From positions 40,946 through 104,945 of the forward strand of contig PDZU01000003.1 of NCBI GenBank assembly GCA_002753095.1: a stretch of DNA of 64,000 nucleotides. The letters run 5' to 3'. Numbering within the stretch: position 1 is the first letter of the stretch; each line of letters begins with the position of its first letter. Made by a program: the position numbers and the translations under genes. Below, piece after piece: positions 31,649-40,991 of the stretch. The stretch is from Magnetococcales bacterium. GTDB taxonomy: Bacteria > Pseudomonadota > Magnetococcia > Magnetococcales > Magnetaquicoccaceae. The notes under the pieces were generated by a model. The model did no database searches and was not told the origin of the DNA. It was given only the letters and a program-made list of their open reading frames with translations.

Positions 31649-32323
31649 CTACTCGCTCACCAGCCAGGAAAAAGCCCAGGGGGCCAGCGCCACATAGACC
31701 AGATCAAAGATGAGCAACAGACGCAACCAGGGGCCTACCTCACCGGCAGGATCCAACAGGGCAGCCACCGCTTGCACGCCAGCAATCAACAGGGGAGCCG
31801 TCAACGGTAACAACAACAGGGCCAGCAAAGTCTCGCGGGAACGGGCCGCCTGGGTCATGGCTGCCAACAGCACACCCAAACCGGTCAAACCCAACGTCCC
31901 CAAAAACAACACACCAATGATGGCCGGCAACTGACCCCAAACATCCACATTGAACAGCACCAACAATAATGGCAACAGGGCCAACTCAACCAAAACGGTC
32001 AACAAGAGATTGCCAGACCATTTGCCCAAAAAAAGCACCCCGCGCGGTACAGCGGAGAGCAACAAACCCTCCAGCGCCCCATCCTCCTCTTCAGCCTGGA
32101 AAACCCTTCCCAAACCCATCAGGCTGGTAAACAGAATGGTAACCCATAACAACCCGGGCAATAGTCGCATCGCTTCCCGGCGGTCTGGATCAAAAGCTAC
32201 CTGGAAAACCACCAATACAGCAATGGCAAAAAAAAGCATGGAGGAGAGCGTGGCCCGCCGCCGCCAGTCACCAACCACATCCTTCCAGGCAATGCGGTAG
32301 GCAGCACGTAATAGTTTGATCAC
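31649..32323 (-). CDS. ccmB: Heme exporter permease CcmB
   Basis: It encodes a 224 aa polytopic protein positioned between ccmA and ccmC, and it overlaps the ccmA stop by 4 nt. Confidence 0.85.
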   Translation of the reverse strand: MIKLLRAAYRIAWKDVVGDWRRRATLSSMLFFAIAVLVVFQVAFDPDRREAMRLLPGLLWVTILFTSLMGLGRVFQAEEEDGALEGLLLSAVPRGVLFLGKWSGNLLLTVLVELALLPLLLVLFNVDVWGQLPAIIGVLFLGTLGLTGLGVLLAAMTQAARSRETLLALLLLPLTAPLLIAGVQAVAALLDPAGEVGPWLRLLLIFDLVYVALAPWAFSWLVSE

Positions 32324-33006
32324 GCCGCATCCTCTCTGCTGTCAAAAAGCTGGCCACGGCGCAGATAAAGAGGACGATGGGGCAGGGCGGCCACCCGCTC
32401 TGGATCGTGGCTGGCCATGACCAGCATGCCCCCCATGGACAAGAAGTGCCGCAAAACCTGATTGAGCCAGTTTACCCCCTGTTGATCCAAGGCCGAATAG
32501 GGCTCATCCAGCAAAAGCAGATCCGGTTGCGACAGCAACATGCGGCCCAAAGCCAACCGTTTGCGCATCCCGGCAGAAAACCAACGCACCGGTTGATCGG
32601 CAAATTTCTCCAAACCGACCGTCTGAACCACCTGCCGCAACTGTTCCTGGCTGGGCGAAAGCTGGTGCAGATCAGCAAAAAAAAGCAGATTTTCCACCGG
32701 GGTCAAATGGCCGTACAAATGGGTGTGATGTCCCACAAACAGCAGTCGGCCACGCATCTCTTCGGCCTCTGCACGGACATTCAGACCAACCAGATGATAG
32801 CTGCCCTGCTGCACACGTAAACGGGTCGCCAACAGAGCCAACAAGGTGGACTTGCCAGAACCATTGGCCCCCAGAAGAACCACACACTCCCCCGCCGACA
32901 CCTGCAGGTCAATCCCCTGCAAGACACGATAGCGCCCAAAAGCATGGTGCAGTTGGCTGACCCGTAACCGTTCCGTCGGGTGCATCTGGGTTAGCGTATC
33001 GCTCAT
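32320..33006 (-). CDS. ccmA: Heme exporter ATP-binding protein CcmA
   Basis: ABC ATPase motifs are present: Walker A GANGSGKST, signature FSAGMRKR, and Walker B LLLLDEP. Confidence 0.85.
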   Translation of the reverse strand: MSDTLTQMHPTERLRVSQLHHAFGRYRVLQGIDLQVSAGECVVLLGANGSGKSTLLALLATRLRVQQGSYHLVGLNVRAEAEEMRGRLLFVGHHTHLYGHLTPVENLLFFADLHQLSPSQEQLRQVVQTVGLEKFADQPVRWFSAGMRKRLALGRMLLSQPDLLLLDEPYSALDQQGVNWLNQVLRHFLSMGGMLVMASHDPERVAALPHRPLYLRRGQLFDSREDAA

Positions 33007-34319
33007 TTTTTAGCCGTGACAACCGTACCATTGATGTTGACATGCTGCTGGACCAGGAGCAAAACCCGCTCTGCCCACTGGCGATCGGCAAACGGCCCAA
33101 CCCGAACGCGATAGTAGGGTTTACCTTCGTGAACAAAATCATTGCGCACCACAGGCAAAGATTGTCCATCCAGATAAAGGGAAGAGACAGTTTGCGATAA
33201 CAACTGCGCATTGGCCTCATTGGAAAAGGTGGCCAACTTGACCCAAAATTCACCACGCTCCTTTTCCTCCTCGCTGGCAGCAGGGGCAGAGGCAACGGGT
33301 GCAACGGGCAAGGTCCGCAACGGCTTGCTGAAAGATTGCGCAGGAACAGCCTGCCCACTGGCAACAGGGCGCCACTCCTGGGTGGCAACCAACACCGGTT
33401 TCTGCACTGCCGGTTTTTTGTTGACGATAACCGGCGCAACCGCCAAGCGTGAGGCATTTTTCAGGCCAATCAACGGCGGCTGTGGCGGTAATTTGCCCGC
33501 TTCGTATCCAGAATGATGTGTTTGGCCCAAACCTGTCGTGAAAGCACGTGAAACCACCCCTGAGCTGAGACGATACTCCCTGGCTTGCTCAGACTCTTCC
33601 GGCAGGACAGCGACAACAGGCGGCGTGACCACAAACTCAGGAACAACACTCTCCTGTTTTGCCACAGACGGCTGATTTTTTTCAACGGCAGCGGCAGACG
33701 CCGCTACACCGTCGGCCTCGTTGGCGTCTGGAGCATGCCGCATGGCCTCCAGAGAAGCTGCATTGGGTAACCAAGTATCCAACGAGGGCTGAGCCGACGC
33801 CGACGGTACATCAACCACCTTTTCGTCTGGAAGAGGATCGGACTCGATAGCTACCTGGGTATCACCGATCTTGGCATATTCCGGTTTGGCGGCTGTTTGG
33901 GGCAATGCAAGCGCAGCAGGGGGGGTGCTCCCCTCTGGAGAGGTCGGCAGAATCCCAGACGTGGGCGCTGGTGATTTGTTGACTGGAGCAGCAGGGGCTG
34001 CCGGAGCGCTTGCCGGAACAGGGGAGGGGGGAGTTGCCGCATTTGCGGGGGCAGAGGCAACGCCTGTGCTCACAACACCCGCCGTAGACGCCGCCTGAAA
34101 AACCGGGGCCGGGGCCATGGCATCTACCCAATCCTGCTTTTTATTGGGCACCGTCTGCTGTTCTGCCTGCTTGACCACCGGTTTTGGTTCTTCAAAAGCC
34201 AAGTCGCCGCCACCTGATTTGGCCAACAAATCAAAAATGGCAACACCCACGATCAGGGCCAAAATCACCCCGCCCATGATCAAAAAGAGTTGTTGCTCAC
34301 GATTTGCTGAGGTATCCAT
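33003..34319 (-). CDS. SPOR-domain protein with N-terminal anchor and long Pro/Ala-rich linker
   Basis: It has a TM segment LFLIMGGVILALIVGVAIF, a low-complexity P/A/S-rich middle, and a C-terminal SPOR-like region (FWVKLATFSNEANAQ...YYRVRVGPFADRQWAERV). It overlaps the ccmA start by 4 nt. Confidence 0.7.
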   Translation of the reverse strand: MDTSANREQQLFLIMGGVILALIVGVAIFDLLAKSGGGDLAFEEPKPVVKQAEQQTVPNKKQDWVDAMAPAPVFQAASTAGVVSTGVASAPANAATPPSPVPASAPAAPAAPVNKSPAPTSGILPTSPEGSTPPAALALPQTAAKPEYAKIGDTQVAIESDPLPDEKVVDVPSASAQPSLDTWLPNAASLEAMRHAPDANEADGVAASAAAVEKNQPSVAKQESVVPEFVVTPPVVAVLPEESEQAREYRLSSGVVSRAFTTGLGQTHHSGYEAGKLPPQPPLIGLKNASRLAVAPVIVNKKPAVQKPVLVATQEWRPVASGQAVPAQSFSKPLRTLPVAPVASAPAASEEEKERGEFWVKLATFSNEANAQLLSQTVSSLYLDGQSLPVVRNDFVHEGKPYYRVRVGPFADRQWAERVLLLVQQHVNINGTVVTAKK

Positions 34320-34386
34320 GCGCCGAAATGGTAGTGAATAATTTTTTAACTTGACGAAACCACACCAAAGCGTTCACCCTTTTGGC

Positions 34387-34941
34387 ATGAACCCATACGC
34401 CCTTTTGACCGTCACTGGCCGGGATCGACCCGGCATGGTAGCCCGTACCACACAAGTGCTGTTTGAGACGGGATGCAACATTGCTGACTCCAGCATGACC
34501 CGCCTGGGCGGGGAGTTTACGGTCATGCTCATTCTGCAACTGCCCCCCGCACTCACGCCCACGGCACTCTCCCAACGCTTTCAACCTTTGGCCGAGCACA
34601 TGGAGCTGCATATTCAGGTGCAACCCTTGTCGGCTGGTGACCGACCCACTGCAACACAGAATAATACGCTGCAGTCGGCAACCCTCAGTCTGTTGGGAGC
34701 GGATCAACCGGGAATCGTCTATCGGGTAACCCAATTTTTGGCCGATCAGCACTGCAATATTGTTGATCTGTACACACGGGTGCTTGGTTCTGCGCATCAA
34801 CCGATCTACTCTATGGTGATCGAAGTGGAAGCACCCGCTCATATCGACCTGCAGCAGCAACTACAACCCGGCCTGACCCAGTTGGAAACCCTTCTGCACG
34901 TTGAAATTCATCTCCGTCTTGCCGACTCTGCACTGATGTAG
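34387..34941 (+). CDS. Tandem ACT-domain protein (GcvR-like)
   Basis: Two ACT-like repeats are present (LLTVTGRDRPGMVARTTQVLFETGCNIADSSM and SLLGADQPGIVYRVTQFLADQHCNIVDL). The start is set to the ATG at 34387. Confidence 0.5.
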   Translation: MNPYALLTVTGRDRPGMVARTTQVLFETGCNIADSSMTRLGGEFTVMLILQLPPALTPTALSQRFQPLAEHMELHIQVQPLSAGDRPTATQNNTLQSATLSLLGADQPGIVYRVTQFLADQHCNIVDLYTRVLGSAHQPIYSMVIEVEAPAHIDLQQQLQPGLTQLETLLHVEIHLRLADSALM

Positions 34942-34985
34942 CGGCGAGTATAACCCTCTTTTCATCGCCAAACCAAGTTTGTTCT

Positions 34986-35495
34986 ATGGCTATACTGGAC
35001 ATTCTCACCTACCCGGATGATCGCCTGCGCGAACATGCCGAGGAAATCGAGGATTTTTCCGATCCTGCGTTGCAGTGCCTGATCGATGATCTTCTGGAAA
35101 CGATGGCCTCACTGCCCGCCTGCGTGGGTGTAGCGGCACCGCAAACCGGTCGCAGCCTGCGTCTGCTGGTCATGGATTGTGGCAATGGGCGCAAACCACC
35201 CGCGCACCATCATGGCCAACTGGTGGTTATCAATCCAGACATTCTGCACTGGTCCGGCACCGACATCGGTCGGGAGGGCTGTCTCTCCCTGCCCGATTAT
35301 ACCGGCAATGTGGTGCGGGCCCAGACGGTTCGGGTTACCTTCCAAGACCGCCAAGGGGTTGCGCAAACCCTGGAACTGACCGGTTATGAAGCACGGGTCA
35401 TGCAGCACGAAATCGATCACCTGGACGGTCGCCTGTTCACCGACCGGATCGTCAGCCGCAAAACCGATCTCTTCCAACGCAAAAACCGTCTCTGA
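34986..35495 (+). CDS. def: Peptide deformylase
   Basis: All three deformylase motifs are present: GVAAPQ, EGCLS and HEIDHL. Confidence 0.93.
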   Translation: MAILDILTYPDDRLREHAEEIEDFSDPALQCLIDDLLETMASLPACVGVAAPQTGRSLRLLVMDCGNGRKPPAHHHGQLVVINPDILHWSGTDIGREGCLSLPDYTGNVVRAQTVRVTFQDRQGVAQTLELTGYEARVMQHEIDHLDGRLFTDRIVSRKTDLFQRKNRL

Positions 35496-35677
35496 ACACC
35501 GGTCAGTGCTGTTTGTTCTTTCTGCTCTCCTCCGACCTGCTTTTTTTGCCGCTTCGGGAGAGCTGCTGAATGAGCTGCCGGGAACTTTCCGCATCCAGCA
35601 AATCTGCCGGAGGCATCTCACCACAGGTTTGTTCATATCGACCCAACACACGCATCTGTTGGGCTTCGTTTTCTGAT

Positions 35678-36211
35678 TTACTCATTTTCTCCACCTGGTT
35701 GTCGCCGTGGTTGGGCTTCATTTTTTGGCGGTTCTGCCTCCAGAACCGTGATGGCTAAAGTAGCCAAAGCATACCACGTGCCATGATCTACCTGATCAAG
35801 TATCTTGAAAAACCACAAACCCTCTGTAAAACGACCGGCAATGGGAACAGCTGCCGTGTAGAGCGGCAACCTGCCCGCTGTCACGGGCGCCATCTCCGGG
35901 AAAGGGAGTTCACCGGCCTTATCCCCCTGTTGGTTCAGCACATCCACACGCAGTTGGTGCTGACCGGGTTTAAGCAACATGAGATCCACAAGCAGATAGC
36001 CCAAAGTACCCGAAGAGCGGTTGCGCAGACTTTTGACCACGCTCTGGGCCTGTGGCGTCTTCGGTTCATTCTGCTGCAGTTGCTCGGCAAAATAACCATT
36101 GCTGACATAGGCAGGCTGGCGCAATGGCGGCAGCACGGACTGTGCCCATAGGGGAACACTGGCAAAAGAGAGCAACAGAGCCAAGAACTGAACCGCACAC
36201 CGCCTGCTCAA
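35678..36211 (-). CDS. Hypothetical exported protein
   Basis: The ORF carries a signal-peptide-like N-terminus [20 protein letters not shown]. It is coupled to the prfA stop by a TTGA overlap. I recognised no family. Confidence 0.5.
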   Translation of the reverse strand: MSRRCAVQFLALLLSFASVPLWAQSVLPPLRQPAYVSNGYFAEQLQQNEPKTPQAQSVVKSLRNRSSGTLGYLLVDLMLLKPGQHQLRVDVLNQQGDKAGELPFPEMAPVTAGRLPLYTAAVPIAGRFTEGLWFFKILDQVDHGTWYALATLAITVLEAEPPKNEAQPRRQPGGENE

Positions 36212-37314
36212 ATACCATCTCCATCGCTCAAGCGGGCCAAGGTTTCCGCCTGGTGATGGGCGGCCAAGGATTCGACAATCTCCACCAAGTCACCCTGCAA
36301 CACCTGATCCAGTTTATGCAATGTCAAATGGATGCGATGATCGGTCACCCGCCCTTGTGGGAAGTTATAGGTACGAATCCGTTCCGAACGGTCACCGCTG
36401 CCGACCTGATCGCGTCGATCGCGGGAACGCTCGTCGTGGGCTGCCCGTTGCTGCATGTCGAACAGGCGGGCTTTCAGCACCTTGATGGCCTGGGCCTTGT
36501 TTTTATGCTGCGATTTTTCATCCTGGCAGATGACCACCAAACCGGTGGGCAAATGGGTGACCCGTACCGCCGAATCGGTTGTGTTCACACTCTGGCCGCC
36601 CGGACCGGAAGCGCGAAACACATCGATGCGCAGCTCATCCCGTTCGTTGATCTGCACATCCACCTCATCGGCCTCTGGCAGGATGGCGACGGTGCAGGCT
36701 GAGGTATGGATTCTGCCCCCTGCCTCGGTGACCGGCACCCGTTGCACACGGTGGGCGCCCGACTCAAATTTGAGCGTGGAGTAGACCCCAGCCCCACTGA
36801 TCAGGGCAATCACCTCTTTGAAACCACCCAACGCTGTGGCACTGCTGCTCAGCGTCTCCACCCGCCAGTTGCGCAGTTCGGCATAACGGCAATACATGCG
36901 AAAAAGATCCGCCGCAAAAAGACCAGCCTCCTCGCCACCGGTGCCAGCCCGAATCTCCAACACGATATTTTTGCCATCGTTGGGATCCTTGGGCAGCAGC
37001 AGCAGTTGCACCGCGCGCTGTTGCTGATCAATCTGCTCCTTTAAGCTCTCCCGCTCTTCCTGGGCCAACTCTTGCAGCTCTCGATCTCCTTCCGGATCTT
37101 CGAGGAGAGCAATCGCCTCCTGGAGTTGTTGCTCCAGATCGCGCAGGGTGCGCCGGGCTTCCACCACCGGATCCAGCTCTGCATACTCTTTGCTCAGGCG
37201 GGCAAACAGACTGGGATTGGCTCCGGTTTCTGCCTGTGCCAACAGATCGCTCAATTCGGCATGCCGACGCGCCATCAGATCCAGTTTTTGGGTAAGATCA
37301 GGGGAGAGTTCCAT
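36208..37314 (-). CDS. prfA: Peptide chain release factor 1
   Basis: The GGQ motif ([10 protein letters not shown]) and the RF1-type PVT tripeptide (RVPVTE) are present. Confidence 0.95.
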   Translation of the reverse strand: MELSPDLTQKLDLMARRHAELSDLLAQAETGANPSLFARLSKEYAELDPVVEARRTLRDLEQQLQEAIALLEDPEGDRELQELAQEERESLKEQIDQQQRAVQLLLLPKDPNDGKNIVLEIRAGTGGEEAGLFAADLFRMYCRYAELRNWRVETLSSSATALGGFKEVIALISGAGVYSTLKFESGAHRVQRVPVTEAGGRIHTSACTVAILPEADEVDVQINERDELRIDVFRASGPGGQSVNTTDSAVRVTHLPTGLVVICQDEKSQHKNKAQAIKVLKARLFDMQQRAAHDERSRDRRDQVGSGDRSERIRTYNFPQGRVTDHRIHLTLHKLDQVLQGDLVEIVESLAAHHQAETLARLSDGDGI

Positions 37315-37336
37315 ATCGGTTTAGACCGCCTAGCGG

Positions 37337-38596
37337 TCACTCCAGTTCAAAGAGTTTACGGGTGGCATCCACATAGCGCGAGCCATCCGGTTCGGAAGCC
37401 AATTGACGCAACTGGCTGAGGGGGGAGTGCAGGATTTTATTGACCAACAAGCGGGCCATTGCTTCCAATCGTTTTTGTCCATCCGGGTTCAAGTCGCTCC
37501 AACCGGCGATGGCCCGTGCCACCTCTTGATCGCGCATCTGTTCAACTTTTTGCCGCAAAGCCACCAGGGTGGGCACCACCTCCAAGGTATCCAGCCACTG
37601 ATTGAAGGCAGGGATGGCACCCAGGATCATGGCCTCTGCCGCCACCATACCTTGGCTGCGCTCCTTTTGATGACCGGCGACAATTTTGGCCAAATCATCA
37701 ATATCGTACAGGAAGGCATTGTCTACGTCACTGATCTTTGGATCAAGATCCCGTGGCACGGCAATATCGATGTAGAACTGGGGACGTTGACGGCGTTGTT
37801 TGAGGGCGGTGCGCACCATGGCGGCACTGACCAGCGGCAGGGTGGATCCCGTCGAGGAGAGGATGATGTCGGCCTGGGGCAGGATGGCGGCCAGATCTTC
37901 CAGGGCATACCCTTCGCCCTGAAAACTGGCGGCCAGGGTTTGGGCCCGTGCCAAGGTTCGGTTGGCCACCCGAATGCGCACACCCTGGGCACTCAGATGG
38001 CGGGCGGCCAGTTCGCACATTTCACCCGCCCCCAACAGCAGGCAGGTATGACCATCCAGTTCACCAAAAATTTTGCGGGCCAGGTTGACCGCAACCGAGG
38101 CAATCGAAACCGGATGGCGGGCAATTTCTGTTTCGGTGCGAATCTGTTTGGCCACCTGGAAGGCCAGATGGAAATAGCGATTCAAGACGGTTCGGGAGGT
38201 ACCACTGGCCACCGCATCGCGATAGGCCTGTTTCATTTGTCCCAAAATTTGCGCCTCGCCCACCACCAGAGAGTCCAGACTGGCGGCGACCCGCATACCG
38301 TGCTGCATCGCCTCTGTTCCCACATGGCTATAAAGATGGGGCAGCAGTGTATCGATCTCCACACCACGGTTGAGCGCCAGCCAACGACTGGCACTGGCCA
38401 CACCGCTGTCTGGATCCCGACATACGCCGTATAACTCCACCCGGTTGCAGGTGGAGAGCAGCAACGCCTCGCCCAACCCCTCCTGCGCGACCAGTTGCTG
38501 CAAGGCCGCAGGCAACTCTTCGCTGGCAAACGCTAACCGTTCGCGCAGCGCCACTGGCGTCGTTTTATGGTTGAGTCCCACAACTATCAATTTCAT
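37337..38596 (-). CDS. hemA: Glutamyl-tRNA reductase
   Basis: The N-terminus MKLIVVGLNHKTTPVALRE, the catalytic Cys in STCNRVE, and the NADPH motif LLLGAGEM are present. The start is set to the ATG at 38596. Confidence 0.93.
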   Translation of the reverse strand: MKLIVVGLNHKTTPVALRERLAFASEELPAALQQLVAQEGLGEALLLSTCNRVELYGVCRDPDSGVASASRWLALNRGVEIDTLLPHLYSHVGTEAMQHGMRVAASLDSLVVGEAQILGQMKQAYRDAVASGTSRTVLNRYFHLAFQVAKQIRTETEIARHPVSIASVAVNLARKIFGELDGHTCLLLGAGEMCELAARHLSAQGVRIRVANRTLARAQTLAASFQGEGYALEDLAAILPQADIILSSTGSTLPLVSAAMVRTALKQRRQRPQFYIDIAVPRDLDPKISDVDNAFLYDIDDLAKIVAGHQKERSQGMVAAEAMILGAIPAFNQWLDTLEVVPTLVALRQKVEQMRDQEVARAIAGWSDLNPDGQKRLEAMARLLVNKILHSPLSQLRQLASEPDGSRYVDATRKLFELE

Positions 38597-38735
38597 GCGC
38601 TGCTCTACTTGACCGACCCGCAACACGCCTCCCATTACAGAGGCAAAAGCGTCATGATAGCCTGGAGACCGGTCAAGCGGAAGGGTTGCAGACACACAAT
38701 GCAAAGCAATTGCATCTGTAATCGATGTCCACCTC

Positions 38736-38764
38736 TTGCCAGCTTGTGGTAAACGGGGTAGAAT
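38736..38764 (+). promoter_or_regulatory. Sigma70-like promoter candidate for the tRNA-Pro/tRNA-Arg pair
   Basis: TTGCCA (38736-38741) and TAGAAT (38759-38764) are separated by a 17 nt spacer. The -10 element ends 24 nt before the tRNA-Pro 5' end. Confidence 0.4.
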
Positions 38765-38788
38765 GGCTCATTCGGTGGTTGTAGTGTT

Positions 38789-38865
<77 letters not shown>

Positions 38866-38902
38866 ATCTCCTGCCTCCTCGGTGGAGAACGCCTCATCGC
38901 CT

Positions 38903-38979
38903 GCGCTCGTAGCTCAATTGGATAGAGCAACGGCCTTCTAAGCCGTAGGTTACAGGTTCGACCCCTGTCGGGCGCACCA
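38903..38979 (+). tRNA. tRNA-Arg (anticodon UCU)
   Basis: The acceptor stem is gcgctcg/cgggcgc, the anticodon loop is ctTCTaa, the T-arm is ggttcgacc, and the CCA end is encoded. Length 77 nt. Confidence 0.9.
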
Positions 38980-38995
38980 ATAAAATCAAATACTT

Positions 38996-39029
38996 ACAGC
39001 CACTCACAAGGTGGCTGTTTTTGTTTTTC
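38996..39029 (+). terminator. Rho-independent terminator after tRNA-Arg
   Basis: An 8 bp stem, acagccac (38996-39003) pairing with gtggctgt (39011-39018), is followed by tttttgttttt. Confidence 0.65.
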
Positions 39030-39315
39030 TGGTTTTTGGGTTCCTCTCGTTCTTGGCATAGATGGTCAACAACCAGATTTCACCCTGGCGGGTCCGCCAG
39101 TAGTAAATCACCCGAACCCCGCCACGCTTACCCCGCCCTTCAGCACACCATCTCAACTTGCGTACTCCACCACTACCAGGGATAACAACGCCCATTTCCG
39201 GGTGTCATGCCAAAGACCATTGCATGGCCGCATACTCTGCATCATCCATGTAGTCATGAACCAGTTTGGAAAATGCGGGTGCTTCAATAAAGGCAACATC
39301 TGTACTATACGTCAT
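39004..39315 (-). pseudogene. HigB-2/RelE-superfamily toxin remnant with an in-frame TGA and a replaced C-terminus; no antitoxin gene
   Basis: My own translation from the ATG at 39315 gives MTYSTDVAFIEAPAFSKLVHDYMDDAEYAAMQWSLA*HPEMGVVIPGSGGVRKLRWCAEGRGKRGGVRVIYYWRTRQGEIWLLTIYAKNE... The stop is a TGA at 39207-39205. After KNE the frame runs into the tRNA-Arg terminator. Confidence 0.6.
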
Positions 39316-39339
39316 TGACGGAACACCCTGCAAAAGAAA

Positions 39340-39495
39340 TCACGCCATCACCCGCAACGGCACTACGTTGGATTCTGGTTGCCCGGCCACGATGGATTCC
39401 AGCCGCCTATCCCGGACATCCAAGACCGTGCGCCTCTCTGTATCGTATTTGTGCCGGTCGTACACGATCTCAGTGCTGAAAACATATGGCAACAT
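39340..39495 (-). pseudogene. Possible C-terminal remnant of a tyrosine integrase (51 codons)
   Basis: My own translation gives MLPYVFSTEIVYDRHKYDTERRTVLDVRDRRLESIVAGQPESNVVPLRVMA. The segment Y-D-R-x-x-Y-x-x-E-R-R...VVPLR resembles the tail of P4/CP4-57-type integrases (AYNRaeYl.ERR..mq.Wadyl.....V.pl). The match is weak and was made by eye only. Confidence 0.25.
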
Positions 39496-39555
39496 GGGAA
39501 AAGGTACTGTATAGTTCAGACGGTACGGTTGCGGTCTACACCAGGAGGAGTTGCC

Positions 39556-40059
39556 ATGGCATTGACGACAAAATCAGAAACAGAGCTGGCTTCTGGTGCC
39601 GTCTTTGATTCCTATGCCTACGTGCGCCGTCTGCGTGATGCCGGAATGGATGAGGAGCTTGCAGCCATCCAGGCCGAACAATTTGCCGCAGTCATCGAAA
39701 CACGACTGGCCAGCAAAAGGGATCTGTTGGAGACGGAAGCGCGATTAAGAGTGGCAATAGCCGCCATTGACGCCAAATTGGAGGCAACCAAGGCCGGTCT
39801 GCAAAAAGAAATTGAAACCTGTAAGATCAGTCTGCAAAAAGAGGCTGAAACCAACAAAAACGAACTCAAGCGCGACATGAAAGAGATGGAGTTGCGCATG
39901 ATCATCAAAATGGGCGCAATGATCCTGGCCAGCGTCGGCATGATCATCGGCTTTATGCGTGCCTTCCCAACCCCCGTGCAACTGGTCAATATGCCCCAGG
40001 AAGTACGCTCGCCCACGCCAATACCCGCCACACCTGTACCACCTGCAAATGGCCGCTAA
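39556..40059 (+). CDS. DUF1640-like coiled-coil protein with C-terminal TM segment
   Basis: AGGAGG lies 7 nt upstream of the ATG at 39556. The N-terminus VFDSYAYVRRLRDAGMDEELAAIQAEQFAAVIE..LASKRDL fits the DUF1640 pattern. It is followed by a coiled coil and the hydrophobic segment MIIKMGAMILASVGMIIGFM. Confidence 0.55.
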   Translation: MALTTKSETELASGAVFDSYAYVRRLRDAGMDEELAAIQAEQFAAVIETRLASKRDLLETEARLRVAIAAIDAKLEATKAGLQKEIETCKISLQKEAETNKNELKRDMKEMELRMIIKMGAMILASVGMIIGFMRAFPTPVQLVNMPQEVRSPTPIPATPVPPANGR

Positions 40060-40169
40060 CCCAACACCACACGCTCTGATCGGCACTGCCAACACAATCA
40101 TCCTGCTTGCCATAATAAATCCATTGCATCCAGATAATGGTTATGGCATACTCCCTTTCCCTGGATTAT

Positions 40170-40246
40170 GGCGAATGTAGCTCAGTTGGCAGAGCCCTGG
40201 ATTGTGGATCCAGTTGTCGTGGGTTCGAGTCCCATCGTTCGCCCCA
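40170..40246 (+). tRNA. tRNA-His (anticodon GUG)
   Basis: An extra 5' G(-1) opposite the C73 discriminator is encoded. The acceptor stem is gcgaatg/cgttcgc, the anticodon loop is ttGTGga, and the CCA end is encoded. Length 77 nt. Confidence 0.9.
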
Positions 40247-40335
40247 GATTTTCCCCGCCCACTCTTTCGCTTCCGCTCCTCCCATCACTTCCCGTCGAAT
40301 CCCTGTGCGTGCAAATCGATCTGCAGGGTCACTGT

Positions 40336-40420
40336 GCGAAAGTGGCGAAATTGGTAGACGCCCTGGACTTAGGATCCAGTGCCTTCGGGCGTGGGGGTTC
40401 AACTCCCCCCTTTCGCACCA
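40336..40420 (+). tRNA. tRNA-Leu (anticodon UAG)
   Basis: This is a class II tRNA with a long variable arm (gtgccttcgggcgt). The acceptor stem is gcgaaag/ctttcgc, the anticodon loop is ctTAGga, and the CCA end is encoded. Length 85 nt. Confidence 0.9.
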
Positions 40421-40563
40421 TGTGCGTTCGCCCCAAACCGCTCGACCAAGCACACACCACTCCTTGCCGCGAAACCACCGCCGTTGGCCTGTGCCGCACA
40501 CAATTTCAACAAGCGTGGCAGACCAACCGCAGCGGTGTCAACGCCAAATTGAGGCAAAATGCC

Positions 40564-40974
40564 TTACCGTTTGGCTTTTTTGCCAGACTTTTTAACCTTC
40601 TTGGCGGATTTTTTCGTACTACCTTTATGCACGGCTTTGCTTGATTTTTTGCCAGACTTTTTCTTGATCGCCTTCTTTTGTGCCGATTTGCCCCCCTTGC
40701 CCGCCGCAGCTACCTGTGCATCCTTGGTGCTACTCTTGAACGAAGATTGTGGATCTCCGCTCTCCTTGCTGCCCAAAGGCTGCAAGGCATTGCTCTTTTG
40801 CTGACCATTGGCCGGCTTTTTGGCGTTGTGATTGACCGGTTCATCCGGCTCCAAAGGGGCCAATTGATCGCTGCCCGGCGGCAACGGAATCTGTTCCAAA
40901 GCTGCCCAGGCCACGCCCGGCTGCAACAACCAACCCGCCAGCAGCAGATATGCCGCTATCCATATCTTTTTCAT
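40564..40974 (-). CDS. Hypothetical secreted protein with Lys/Ser-rich C-terminal tail
   Basis: It has a signal peptide MKKIWIAAYLLLAGWLLQPGVAWA and a low-complexity tail KKSGKKSSKAVHKGSTKKSAKKVKKSGKKAKR. It lies directly downstream of the hybrid kinase. Confidence 0.5.
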   Translation of the reverse strand: MKKIWIAAYLLLAGWLLQPGVAWAALEQIPLPPGSDQLAPLEPDEPVNHNAKKPANGQQKSNALQPLGSKESGDPQSSFKSSTKDAQVAAAGKGGKSAQKKAIKKKSGKKSSKAVHKGSTKKSAKKVKKSGKKAKR

Positions 40975-40991
40975 CACATTGAACTCTCCCA

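Noticed and set aside
35503-35721. A small minus-strand ORF (72 aa, or 60 aa from the ATG at 35685) overlaps the end of the exported hypothetical gene.
   Set aside because: It is charged and low-complexity, and I recognised no family. The overlap geometry is compatible with translational coupling but is insufficient evidence to call it a gene.
39205-39207. The in-frame TGA in the HigB-like ORF was considered as selenocysteine or programmed read-through.
   Set aside because: No SECIS-like hairpin follows immediately downstream. The position is not a conserved Cys or Sec site in this toxin family. The gene is also truncated at its 3' end and lacks its antitoxin, which fits decay.
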